Assembly (NCBI GenBank): GCA_028716165.1
Contig: JAQUQI010000004.1
Span: 18,715-82,714, forward strand
Direction of reading: 5' to 3'
DNA length: 64,000 nt
DNA from: Candidatus Omnitrophota bacterium
Lineage (GTDB): Bacteria; Omnitrophota; Gorgyraeia; JABMRG01
This document shows positions 18,615 to 26,855 of the stretch, piece by piece. Within the stretch, counting starts at the first letter, position 1. Each line of letters begins with the position of its first letter. The notes beneath the pieces were generated by a model. It worked only from the letters and a program-made list of their open reading frames with translations, had not been told where the DNA came from and ran no database searches. Made by a program: the position numbers and the translations under genes.

Positions 18615-19546
18615 TTTACGATGTTATAATAATAGGCGCCGGTCCTGCCGGGCTGACAGCGGCTTTATATGTATTGAGGGCAAATCTAAGGGCTCTTATA
18701 ATAGAAGACCCCTTGGTTGCCAGCCAGGCCGCGTACGCTTTTATAATTGAGAATTTTCCCGCATTCCCCGGCGGGATAAGCGGCATAGACCTGATAAAAA
18801 AATTAAAGGAACAGGTCGGTTATTTCGGCGTAGAAATACTTCCGGCAGATGTTTCGGGTATTAAAAATTCCGGTCAAAACAGCAAGCAATTATGGCAGGT
18901 TACCGCAAATAACAGGATGTATGATACAATATCTGTTATAGTGGCCTCGGGCGCGGTGCCAAAAAGACTGGATATCGCAGGTGAGCGCGAATTTATTGGC
19001 CGCGGCGTGTCCTATTGCGCCGTATGTGACGGCGCATTATTCAAAGATAAAAACGTGGTGATTGCCGGCGGAGGAGATTCAGCGGTTGAGGAGGCTCTTT
19101 TTCTGTCAAGATTTGCGAAAAAAGTAAGCATAGTGCATCGCAGGGACAAGTTAAGGGCGGCCAAAATTCTGCAAAAAAGGGTCTTCGCGAATGACAGGAT
19201 TGAAATAGTTTGGAATTCAACTATTGAGCAGATAATGGGAGGTAAAACAATTTCCGGGTTGAGGCTTCGTGACGTATCAACCGGCGCGCTAAGGGATATG
19301 GATTGCCAGGGCCTGTTTGTGTCAATCGGTAAGGTGCCTAATACGGGATTTGTTAAGAATGCCCTGGATATTGATAAAAACGGTTATATTATAACAGGCC
19401 GCGGTTTAAATACGTCGGCTCATGGCGTATTTGCGTGCGGAGATTGCAGGGATACATTATTTAAGCAGATTGTTACGGCCTGCGGCGACGGCGCCGCGGC
19501 GGCCAGGTCGTGCGTTCATTATGTTGATACTATGAAGGGTTATTAA
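18611..19546 (+). CDS. trxB: Thioredoxin reductase-like flavoprotein
   Basis: DVIIIGAGPAG, redox-active CAVCDG, second dinucleotide motif VIAGGGDSAVEEA, and C-terminal GDCRD...CGDGA. Start overlaps the upstream stop (ATGA). Confidence 0.8.
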   Translation: MIYDVIIIGAGPAGLTAALYVLRANLRALIIEDPLVASQAAYAFIIENFPAFPGGISGIDLIKKLKEQVGYFGVEILPADVSGIKNSGQNSKQLWQVTANNRMYDTISVIVASGAVPKRLDIAGEREFIGRGVSYCAVCDGALFKDKNVVIAGGGDSAVEEALFLSRFAKKVSIVHRRDKLRAAKILQKRVFANDRIEIVWNSTIEQIMGGKTISGLRLRDVSTGALRDMDCQGLFVSIGKVPNTGFVKNALDIDKNGYIITGRGLNTSAHGVFACGDCRDTLFKQIVTACGDGAAAARSCVHYVDTMKGY

Positions 19547-19549
19547 ACT

Positions 19550-19921
19550 ATGCTGTCCGCTAAAATATTGCTGATAAACGGCGGCAAAGAAGTTGTTATG
19601 CTGCCGGAATTTTTCATAAAACAAGGATATCGGGTATCATGTGTTAATACCGGCAGAGAAGGCGTAAAGAAGCTAAGGGTGGATATCTTTAATCTCATTA
19701 TTGCCGACGTCGCATTCACGGGCATGAGCGTCTCGGATTTAGCGTCGCAAGCTAAAAGGGCTGCCGGCAGAAAAATTCCGCTGGTAGTTATCGGGGAACA
19801 AGATGATATTGAGGATATAGAAGAGTTTTTTCGGCAAGGCGCCGATGAATATATTGTAAAACCGTTAAGGCTGGACTATTTGAATGAAAGGGTTGAATAT
19901 CTTGTCTCCGGACGGTTTTAA
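19550..19921 (+). CDS. Atypical stand-alone receiver (CheY-like) domain
   Basis: Receiver fold with a candidate phospho-acceptor Asp in LIIADVAFTGMS and a conserved Lys in YIVKPL. The N-terminal acidic pair is replaced (LLINGGKE). Starts 3 nt after the trxB stop. Confidence 0.5.
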   Translation: MLSAKILLINGGKEVVMLPEFFIKQGYRVSCVNTGREGVKKLRVDIFNLIIADVAFTGMSVSDLASQAKRAAGRKIPLVVIGEQDDIEDIEEFFRQGADEYIVKPLRLDYLNERVEYLVSGRF

Positions 19922-20035
19922 ATAAGTTGATAATACCTGCGTCCGGCTGACGCGGGATTGACACATAAAATGATTTTGTGATATACTTACGGTCAAAAAT
20001 AGCCGGAGGGATTTAAAAAAAGAAAGGTTGATAAG

Positions 20036-20323
20036 ATGGAAGAGAAAAAAGAAGTAAAATCGCAAAAACCCGATGACACAAAACAAAAGGCGCCGGACGC
20101 TCCCGTGCCCGCTGAAACTACCGTTAAGGCACAGCCGGCCCCCGCGGCAGATGGGGCTAAACAGGAAGAGCCCTCTAAAAAAAATAAAAAGATAAACCAG
20201 ATGTCTTTAAAGGAGATAGATGCCAAAATCAAGGATGCGCAGGAAAAAATGGGGTCTCTGAAATCACGGTATGCCAGGCAACTGCTTAAACAGAAAGAAC
20301 TGTTGAAAAATTCCACTGAATAA
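20036..20323 (+). CDS. Small lysine/glutamate-rich hypothetical protein
   Basis: 95-aa ORF with a low-complexity K/E/P/A-rich N-terminal half and a predicted helical C-terminal half. Weak RBS; protein-coding status uncertain. Confidence 0.35.
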   Translation: MEEKKEVKSQKPDDTKQKAPDAPVPAETTVKAQPAPAADGAKQEEPSKKNKKINQMSLKEIDAKIKDAQEKMGSLKSRYARQLLKQKELLKNSTE

Positions 20324-20336
20324 TATAACCCATAAT

Positions 20337-21020
20337 ATGGCAGAAAAAAGCAAAAAAAATCCTTTTTATTTTTACAATCATGTTGAACTCCGTGAGTCTA
20401 CGGGCCTTAAGGCTAAAAACGCCAGAGAGCTTGTGAATATAATAAAAGATGTCCCGGGTTCTGTCATATATTATCACATGCATGTTTTTTTGCAGCAGCA
20501 CCAGTTTCTTTCTCCCGAACCCCCTAACGCTTTTGCCTACTGGACTGCCAAAGTGCTCGGAGAAGACGCCCTTGGTGAGCTTCTGGGCAGTATAGATGTT
20601 TATCAATATAATACGGTCAGGGCGCTTAGAGAAAAAATAATAGAGGTTATTGAAGGCTATCTTTTTGACGCAAAGGATATACGCAATGCTCCGCCGGGCA
20701 AAGAGTTTGATTTTACGAAATCAAGGACATTTATTCTGCCGACGCCTTATACGGCGCATAACCTGTCCGATATGGTTGAAGCTCTTAAAAAAGTCGCCAT
20801 AGGTTCAATTGATTTTCATGTTTTTAATGCCAGATTAAGGCTTGGACGCGGGACCAATGATTTTTCTAATTGGATAGATACGTCACTGGGCTATCCTAAT
20901 CTTGCATCCAGGCTTGAATGTTTTGACCCCTATACCTATACGCTGGAAAACCTGCGTTTTAATATTATTGATACTATAGTAAACAGCCCTGAATGGGGGA
21001 TAGACAATGCGAAAAGATAG
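20337..21020 (+). CDS. Hypothetical protein translationally coupled to the downstream glycosyltransferase
   Basis: 227-aa ORF with no recognisable catalytic motif; it overlaps the GT4 gene by 14 nt. Confidence 0.5.
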   Translation: MAEKSKKNPFYFYNHVELRESTGLKAKNARELVNIIKDVPGSVIYYHMHVFLQQHQFLSPEPPNAFAYWTAKVLGEDALGELLGSIDVYQYNTVRALREKIIEVIEGYLFDAKDIRNAPPGKEFDFTKSRTFILPTPYTAHNLSDMVEALKKVAIGSIDFHVFNARLRLGRGTNDFSNWIDTSLGYPNLASRLECFDPYTYTLENLRFNIIDTIVNSPEWGIDNAKR

Positions 21021-22254
21021 GGCTGAATTATCCTCTTTGAACGACTATATACCAATAGTCGGAGAAGATACGGTTGAAGAGCTTAGATTTTTGGCCTCAA
21101 GGCTTAAAGGCAGGAAGATACAGCATATTAATTCTACCCGTACCGGCGGCGGCGTGGCCGAGATGCTGTCCCGGGTGGTACCGCTTATGAGGGAATTGGG
21201 CGTTGATATTGAATGGAATGTAATAGAGGCTGAACCTGATTTTTTTAATGTAACAAAGAAGTTTCATAATGCCCTTCACGGTATGCCGGAGACCATATCC
21301 GATAGAGATTTTGACATATACATAGAAAATGCCAAGGCGTATAACAGGTTAACCGAAATAAGCGGTGATATAGTATTTATCCACGACCCGCAGCCAATCG
21401 CCCTTATTCAAAACAAGAAAAAATTAAAGTCTGTCAAATGGATCTGGAGATGCCATATAGATGTTTCTTGCCCTGATGAAAGAGTGTGGGATTTTTTATC
21501 AGCTTTTATTGAAGGTTACGACGCCTCTGTATTTTCAAGCCCGAAATTTACCAGGCCTTTAAAGATCCCCCAGTTTTTGATATGCCCGGCCATAGACCCT
21601 TTGAGCGACAAGAGCAGGCCGCTGGAAGAAAGCACGATATCCAGCGTGCTTGCCAAATACGGCATAGACAGCCATAAACCTATTATTTCACAGATATCAA
21701 GGTATGATCACCTTAAAGACCCCATAGGAGTAATTGAGGCGTTTAAGCTTGTAAAAAGATATATTGACGCGCAATTAGTGCTGGCAGGCAACAGCGCTAC
21801 GGACGATCCTGAAGGGACTGATATGCTTAAAGAGGTTAAGGAAAAGGCCAAAGGCGTACCCGATGTCTACGTGCTTCTCATTGAGCCTGAAAATAACGAT
21901 ATAGAAGTAAACGCGTTGCAAAGGGCCTCATCCGTTATAGTTCAGAAATCCATAAGAGAAGGGTTTGCCCTTACGGTGACGGAGGCTCTTTGGAAGGAAA
22001 AACCTGTGGTGGCGTCAGCTGTGGGCGGGATACCCCTGCAGATAAAAAACATGTATAGCGGCCTGCTTTGCCATTGCGTGGAAGGTGCCGCGTTAAGGAT
22101 AAGGCAGGTATTGAACAACCCGTCTTTCGCGAAACGATTAGGCCACAATGGCAGGATGCACATAAAGCGTAATTTCTTGCTGACAAGGCTTATTAGAGAG
22201 CATATGCTGCTCGCGCTTTCGTTGGGACAAAAAGGCGATATAATATTACTATAA
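21007..22254 (+). CDS. GT4-family glycosyltransferase, TreT-like (trehalose/glycoside synthase type)
   Basis: GT-B fold with ...ISRYDHLKDPIGVIEAF...LAGNSATDDPEG...EGFALTVTEALWKEKPVVASAVGGI..., resembling archaeal/bacterial trehalose glycosyl-transferring synthases. Confidence 0.65.
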   Translation: MRKDRAELSSLNDYIPIVGEDTVEELRFLASRLKGRKIQHINSTRTGGGVAEMLSRVVPLMRELGVDIEWNVIEAEPDFFNVTKKFHNALHGMPETISDRDFDIYIENAKAYNRLTEISGDIVFIHDPQPIALIQNKKKLKSVKWIWRCHIDVSCPDERVWDFLSAFIEGYDASVFSSPKFTRPLKIPQFLICPAIDPLSDKSRPLEESTISSVLAKYGIDSHKPIISQISRYDHLKDPIGVIEAFKLVKRYIDAQLVLAGNSATDDPEGTDMLKEVKEKAKGVPDVYVLLIEPENNDIEVNALQRASSVIVQKSIREGFALTVTEALWKEKPVVASAVGGIPLQIKNMYSGLLCHCVEGAALRIRQVLNNPSFAKRLGHNGRMHIKRNFLLTRLIREHMLLALSLGQKGDIILL

Positions 22255-22961
22255 TGCTTGAATCACTTATATCATTTTCAAACAGCACGATAAAGGACGT
22301 CTCGGTCATAAGTTATGTCGTTGTTTTTCTGGGCGGGGTTTTCACCAGCCTTACACCGTGCATTTATCCGGTTATCCCTGTCACCGTGGGTTTCATCGGG
22401 GCCAGTTCCGCCGGCGCGAAAGGCAGGGCGTTTTTTTTGTCACTCTTTTACGTGATTGGCATAGCGCTTGTTTATTCATGCCTGGGAGCCATGGCGGCAT
22501 TAGGCGGCAGGATATTCGGAGAGATATCTTCTAATCCGTGGACTTATATTATAGTAGGAAATGTTTTTTTATTGCTTGGGCTTTCCATGATGGGAGTTTT
22601 TGCCATAGCATTGCCGGATTTACCGGCCGCCAGGCCTTCGCCAAGGCAGGGCAAAAGCTTGTTCGCGGCATTGGTTGTTGGCATGTCGGCAGGGTTTATT
22701 ATGGGGCCGTGCACCGCTCCCGTATTGGGCGCCGTACTTACATATGTCGGCAGCAGGCAAAATGTTTTACTCGGCATAAGCCTTTTATTCACATACGCGC
22801 TTGGTATGGGCCTGCTGTTGCTTTTTATAGGCACGTTTACCGGGCTTGCCGCGTCTTTGCCAAAGTCTGGTAAGTGGCTTGATGTTGTGAAAAAAGTGTT
22901 TGGAGCTGTTCTTATAGCGTGCGCGGAATATTTTTTTATAAAAGCAGGGGGGCTATTCTGA
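22254..22961 (+). CDS. ccdA: Cytochrome c-type biogenesis / disulfide-reductant transfer protein CcdA (DsbD core)
   Basis: Polytopic membrane protein with both conserved Cys motifs (TPCIYPVIP and GPCTAPVLG). Confidence 0.8.
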   Translation: MLESLISFSNSTIKDVSVISYVVVFLGGVFTSLTPCIYPVIPVTVGFIGASSAGAKGRAFFLSLFYVIGIALVYSCLGAMAALGGRIFGEISSNPWTYIIVGNVFLLLGLSMMGVFAIALPDLPAARPSPRQGKSLFAALVVGMSAGFIMGPCTAPVLGAVLTYVGSRQNVLLGISLLFTYALGMGLLLLFIGTFTGLAASLPKSGKWLDVVKKVFGAVLIACAEYFFIKAGGLF

Positions 22962-23467
22962 TGAAAACTTGGCCGGCAATAGGAACTGTTTTTTTAGTTT
23001 GTGCTTTATGCGGTATCCTGTGTCTTAGCGGATATGTGTCTACCGCGGAATTGGGCGCGCCGGAAACCAAGGCAACAAACGCTTCAGCTCTTGAGGATTT
23101 GTCCGGCAAGGACGTGTTATTATCCGATTATATGGGCCAGAATCTCTTGCTTGTATTTACCACTACCTGGTGCCCGCATTGCGTGACAGCTATACCTGAT
23201 TTAAAAAATATAGATAATGATTTCAATGGCAAGGGCCTTAAGGTTGTTGCCGTTTATGTCAAAGAACCTGCTGCCAGGGTCGTGAAATTCAAGTCAAGAT
23301 ACGGATTGCCTTATGATGTATTATTAGATCTAAATGGAGACACAGCTTATTTATACAGGATTAGTGGTGTTCCTACGTTTATTGTTTTAGACGCGCGCGG
23401 AGATATTTTGTATGAAGGCCATGAAATACCATTTGATATAATAACGCGGATAACAAACCGCACATAA
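22961..23467 (+). CDS. TlpA/ResA-like periplasmic thioredoxin-fold oxidoreductase
   Basis: Signal/anchor, then WCPHC active site (TTWCPHCVTAIPDL). Its ATG overlaps the ccdA stop (TGATG). Confidence 0.8.
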   Translation: MKTWPAIGTVFLVCALCGILCLSGYVSTAELGAPETKATNASALEDLSGKDVLLSDYMGQNLLLVFTTTWCPHCVTAIPDLKNIDNDFNGKGLKVVAVYVKEPAARVVKFKSRYGLPYDVLLDLNGDTAYLYRISGVPTFIVLDARGDILYEGHEIPFDIITRITNRT

Positions 23468-23485
23468 AATGAGGAGGGAAATAAT

Positions 23486-23668
23486 ATGGCAAATATCAGT
23501 ATTGATGAATCTCTATGTACAGGCTGCGGTTTATGCGCAAGCATGTGCCCCGAAAAATTTGAGGTAGGAGATGATAATGTTGCTCACGTGAAAGGTGGTT
23601 CTTGCGATTGCGACATTAATGAGGCAGCATCCAGCTGTCCCATGGAAGCAATAAAAATTGAGGATTAA
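23486..23668 (+). CDS. Small ferredoxin
   Basis: 60 aa with a CTGCGLCASMCP cluster motif and additional Cys (CDC...C); RBS GAGGAGGG upstream. Confidence 0.7.
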   Translation: MANISIDESLCTGCGLCASMCPEKFEVGDDNVAHVKGGSCDCDINEAASSCPMEAIKIED

Positions 23669-23670
23669 AT

Positions 23671-23716
23671 AAACGGGGCCGCATAGTGTAACCTGGTATG
23701 CGGCCCTGTTTATTAA
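23671..23716 (+). terminator. Rho-independent terminator after the ferredoxin gene
   Basis: AAACGGGGCCGCATA-(loop)-TATGCGGCCCTGTTT forms a 14-15-bp near-perfect inverted repeat (one G-U pair) followed by TTTATT. Confidence 0.6.
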
Positions 23717-23725
23717 TGACATGCC

Positions 23726-24208
23726 ATGAATATTGCAAGAGTAAAAATTGTTAAGCCCGAAGGCGCCAATATAATATTCGGGCAGTCTCATTTTATTAAG
23801 ACGGTTGAGGACCTTTACGAGGCCGTAATCTGTTCTGTTCCCGGGATAAGGTTTGGCCTGGCTTTTTGCGAAGCCTCCGGCCCCTGTCTTGTGCGTTCAG
23901 CAGGAAACGATAAAGAGCTGGAACTGCAAGCTTTGGATAATGCTATGGCGATAGGAGCTGGCCATAGTTTTATAATAATTTTTGAAGGGGCGTTTCCTAT
24001 TAATATCATACGCGCTGTCAAATCCGTGCCCGAAGTTTGTTCTATTTATTGCGCAACCGCTAATCCTGTAGAAGTGATTATGGCTGAGACAGAACAAGGA
24101 AAGGCCGTTATAGGCATAGTTGACGGGAACAGCCCAAAAGGTAAAGAGTCGGAACGCGACAAACAGGACAGAAAACAGTTTTTGCGCGACATAGGTTACA
24201 AGCTGTGA
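23726..24208 (+). CDS. Adenosine-specific kinase-like protein (DUF355/COG1839 family)
   Basis: 160 aa with AIGAGHSFIIIFEGAFPINI...VPEVCSIYCATANP...GIVDGNSPKG, matching my recollection of the DUF355 family; not checked against a database. Confidence 0.55.
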   Translation: MNIARVKIVKPEGANIIFGQSHFIKTVEDLYEAVICSVPGIRFGLAFCEASGPCLVRSAGNDKELELQALDNAMAIGAGHSFIIIFEGAFPINIIRAVKSVPEVCSIYCATANPVEVIMAETEQGKAVIGIVDGNSPKGKESERDKQDRKQFLRDIGYKL

Positions 24209-24227
24209 AATATTTTTGTCTTATCGG

Positions 24228-24806
24228 CTATGAGAAGATCCGGCCGGCGTGTTTTAAGGATTTTTTTGCGATAAGGGTTGCAAGCGCTATCTTGATAAAA
24301 CATCCTGGCATAAATGGGATGACGCCAAGGGCAACCGCTTGTTTTAGGCCCAATCTCAGGCCCAATACCAGCCATGCCGTTCCAAGCGCATAAATAATCA
24401 CGGCTCCGCACGAAAAAGCTGCCAGCATTGACAGCGTGGAAGTATTTTTTCTTAGCGCGTATCCGATAAAACAACTTGAAAAGACAAAGCCCAGCAGATA
24501 TCCGCCTGTAGGCCCCGCGATATGCGATAATCCGAATCCGCTTGCCGAAAATATGGGCAAGCCCATAGCTCCCGCGCACAGGTATGTTATTTGAGATGCC
24601 GGCCCGAGCCTTCTGCCCAGCAACGCCCCTGACAAAAAAACGAACATCTCCTGCAGGGTAATTGGCACCGGAGTAAAGCCTAAAGGTATATAAATATAGG
24701 CGCCCAACCACGTAAGCAGAGCAAAAGTGGTTACCCCTATCGCCGATACCGCAAATTTATTTCTGATTATCTCTTTTTCCGTTAAAAAATAAACCGCACT
24801 ATGCAT
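24228..24806 (-). CDS. bioY: Biotin transporter BioY (ECF S-component)
   Basis: TPVPITLQ...FVFLSGALLG...GPTGGYLLGF motifs and 5-6 TM helices. Confidence 0.8.
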   Translation of the reverse strand: MHSAVYFLTEKEIIRNKFAVSAIGVTTFALLTWLGAYIYIPLGFTPVPITLQEMFVFLSGALLGRRLGPASQITYLCAGAMGLPIFSASGFGLSHIAGPTGGYLLGFVFSSCFIGYALRKNTSTLSMLAAFSCGAVIIYALGTAWLVLGLRLGLKQAVALGVIPFMPGCFIKIALATLIAKKSLKHAGRIFS

Positions 24807-24967
24807 ATGCTCTCCTTATGTTATAATGGATAATAAATCACACGATATTAACACCAAATTATTCGCTATGTCAATCTTTTTCTTGGCAGAGGAATTTTTT
24901 GCTTGCTTTTTTACGGACTAATGATATAATTTTTTTGCATAAAGACAAAAAAGGAGGTTGACGATCT

Positions 24968-25192
24968 ATGGGTAAAATATTAAGCATAATAGGCGGTACC
25001 GCCGCGGTGGTAATTGGTTTTATATTGGCTTTTTTCGCCTGGTCCAGGGCCATTGTTTTGGGCCTGCAATTTATGATAGTTTTTATTCTTATCCTCGGCG
25101 GCCTTATTGCCGTTGCGGCAGGCGTATCAGAGATAAAAGACTCAATAGCATCAAAGAAGGAAGATAAAAACCAGAAAGACAAGAAGGATTAA
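24968..25192 (+). CDS. Small two-TM membrane protein with K/D/E-rich tail
   Basis: 74-aa ORF 10 nt after AAAGGAGG; two hydrophobic helices, then a charged C-terminus. Confidence 0.4.
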   Translation: MGKILSIIGGTAAVVIGFILAFFAWSRAIVLGLQFMIVFILILGGLIAVAAGVSEIKDSIASKKEDKNQKDKKD

Positions 25193-25367
25193 AGCTCGAT
25201 TATTGTTTATGGGGTTGTGCCGGGTTAAAAAATGTGGCGCAACCCCATTTTTATTTTGACAGCATACGATGCGTGTGCTAAAATTAAACATATCAGGAAT
25301 GACCCGGCCATAAGCTGTTTTCCATTCGGGGAAACAAGGATTTGGCCTATTTGAGGGAGGTGTGGAA

Positions 25368-26042
25368 ATGGATTGGACATTTGTTATAATGGAGTCGGTA
25401 AGGGAGATGCTGACCAGGGTAGGCGCATTTATTCCCAAGATGATAGGGCTTTTGGTCATTCTTATAGTCGGTTGGCTCGTAGCAAAGCTGATTGAAAATA
25501 TTATCGTAAGAAGCCTTAAGCTATTAAGGCTTGACACCCTTGCCGAAAAGTCAGGCACAAGCAGTTTCCTGGCAAAAGGCGGCATAAAATACACCTTATC
25601 CGAATTAATAGGAGTCCTTATTTACTGGATAGTTATGCTTATTGTCATGATTACCGCTTTAAATGCCATGCAGTGGACGGTAGTGGCCCAGGTTTTGAAT
25701 ACTGTGGTTGTTTATATACCACATGTAATTGTTGCGGTGTTTATCCTTGTTTTTGGCATGTTCGTATCAACCTTATTAAGTACTGTTATCAGGACGGCCG
25801 TAAGTAATGCCGGAATGACGCAGGCAAAGATGCTCGGACAGTTGACGCAATCGGTGGTGATTATTTTTACCATTGTGATAGCGATGCAGCAGCTCCAGAT
25901 ACAGATGGCTGTGATATTGAACGTTATAAATATCGTGCTTGCCTCAATGGGGCTGGCCCTCGGGCTTGCCTTTGGGTTAGGCTGCAAAGACATGGCGGCC
26001 AAAACCATGGAAGAAATAATAAACAACATGAAAAAGAAATAA
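25368..26042 (+). CDS. Membrane protein with repeated conserved-TM-helix segments (MscS-N-terminal-like)
   Basis: ATG at 25368 sits 7 nt after GGGAGG. Repeated hydrophobic helices separated by short polar loops; no catalytic motif. Confidence 0.5.
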   Translation: MDWTFVIMESVREMLTRVGAFIPKMIGLLVILIVGWLVAKLIENIIVRSLKLLRLDTLAEKSGTSSFLAKGGIKYTLSELIGVLIYWIVMLIVMITALNAMQWTVVAQVLNTVVVYIPHVIVAVFILVFGMFVSTLLSTVIRTAVSNAGMTQAKMLGQLTQSVVIIFTIVIAMQQLQIQMAVILNVINIVLASMGLALGLAFGLGCKDMAAKTMEEIINNMKKK

Positions 26043-26133
26043 CGGTTAGACGATGAGAGGGCAGCCGACAAGAGTGTATTGACGGCTGCCCTTATTTTAT
26101 GCCTGTTAAGTATTTTAATCATTGGAACTGCGC

Positions 26134-26703
26134 ATGGTTTATAAGGTATTTATATTTTTTATTGTAATAATGTTGGTTTCCGGATGCCAATACCCGTTTG
26201 AATTGAAACCAGATTCGGAAATAAGACAGGAGGTTTTGGAGTTTGATCCTGACTTTGAGCAGGCACTGCAAAAAAGGGCCAAACTGGATGAAGAGATAGC
26301 GCTGCTGCGTTCAAAACAACAACTTAATGCCAGCCAGATAGAAACCAAGATCCTTTCTCTCAAAGATGAACTGCGGTCTTCCAAAAGAGACATATCCAGC
26401 CAGATACTGTCGCTTAACGCGCAGCTTGATCCGCAGAGATCCGAAATCAAGCGCAGTATTATGGAGTTGTCAACGGAGTTGAGGCTTAAGCAATCATCTT
26501 TTTCTGCTGTGCGTAAAATGATATTAGATCTTAATAGATTGAACGGCAAGGATTCTGTTCAGGATCAGCCATCCGGCGATAGTTCAAGATTGCGTGAAAA
26601 AATATCTGCCCATCAGGAACAAGCGGACACCCTGATGCGCGACATATCTGTACTGCGCGAAAAAATACGGTTATTACGATTTAAACTCAAACTCCTTCAC
26701 TAA
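26134..26703 (+). CDS. Coiled-coil lipoprotein, hypothetical
   Basis: Lipobox MLVSGCQ, followed by Q/E/L/K/R-rich heptad-like sequence. Confidence 0.45.
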   Translation: MVYKVFIFFIVIMLVSGCQYPFELKPDSEIRQEVLEFDPDFEQALQKRAKLDEEIALLRSKQQLNASQIETKILSLKDELRSSKRDISSQILSLNAQLDPQRSEIKRSIMELSTELRLKQSSFSAVRKMILDLNRLNGKDSVQDQPSGDSSRLREKISAHQEQADTLMRDISVLREKIRLLRFKLKLLH

Positions 26704-26790
26704 ATCAAGACAGGAAACCTTTTACCAATATTTTTTTAAGCTTTCCGTAACAGTTTTCCACCGACGATACTTACTAACGTTATTTTTCTT

Positions 26791-26820
26791 TTGATTTTCA
26801 CAATGATAGTATGATATAAT
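26791..26820 (+). promoter_or_regulatory. Sigma70-like promoter (TTGATT-18-TATAAT) for the purH-folC-mnmE-folE operon
   Basis: TTGATT 26791-26796, 18-nt spacer, TATAAT 26815-26820; purH start at 26856 with RBS CAGGAG. Confidence 0.45.
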
Positions 26821-26855
26821 AATACCCTTAAAACACCCGTATTCAGGAGTATGGA

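Noticed and set aside
24196-24711. 171-aa minus-strand ORF in an alternative frame of bioY
   Set aside because: It is the same strand and region as BioY but in the wrong frame. BioY has clear family motifs, whereas this ORF is Arg/Gly-rich nonsense typical of an off-frame reading.
26704-26855. Possible ZTP/purine-type riboswitch upstream of purH
   Set aside because: The promoter found (TTGATT-18-TATAAT ending at 26820) leaves only ~28 nt of leader before the purH start, too short for a ZTP (pfl) or purine riboswitch, and no conserved riboswitch core sequence is visible.
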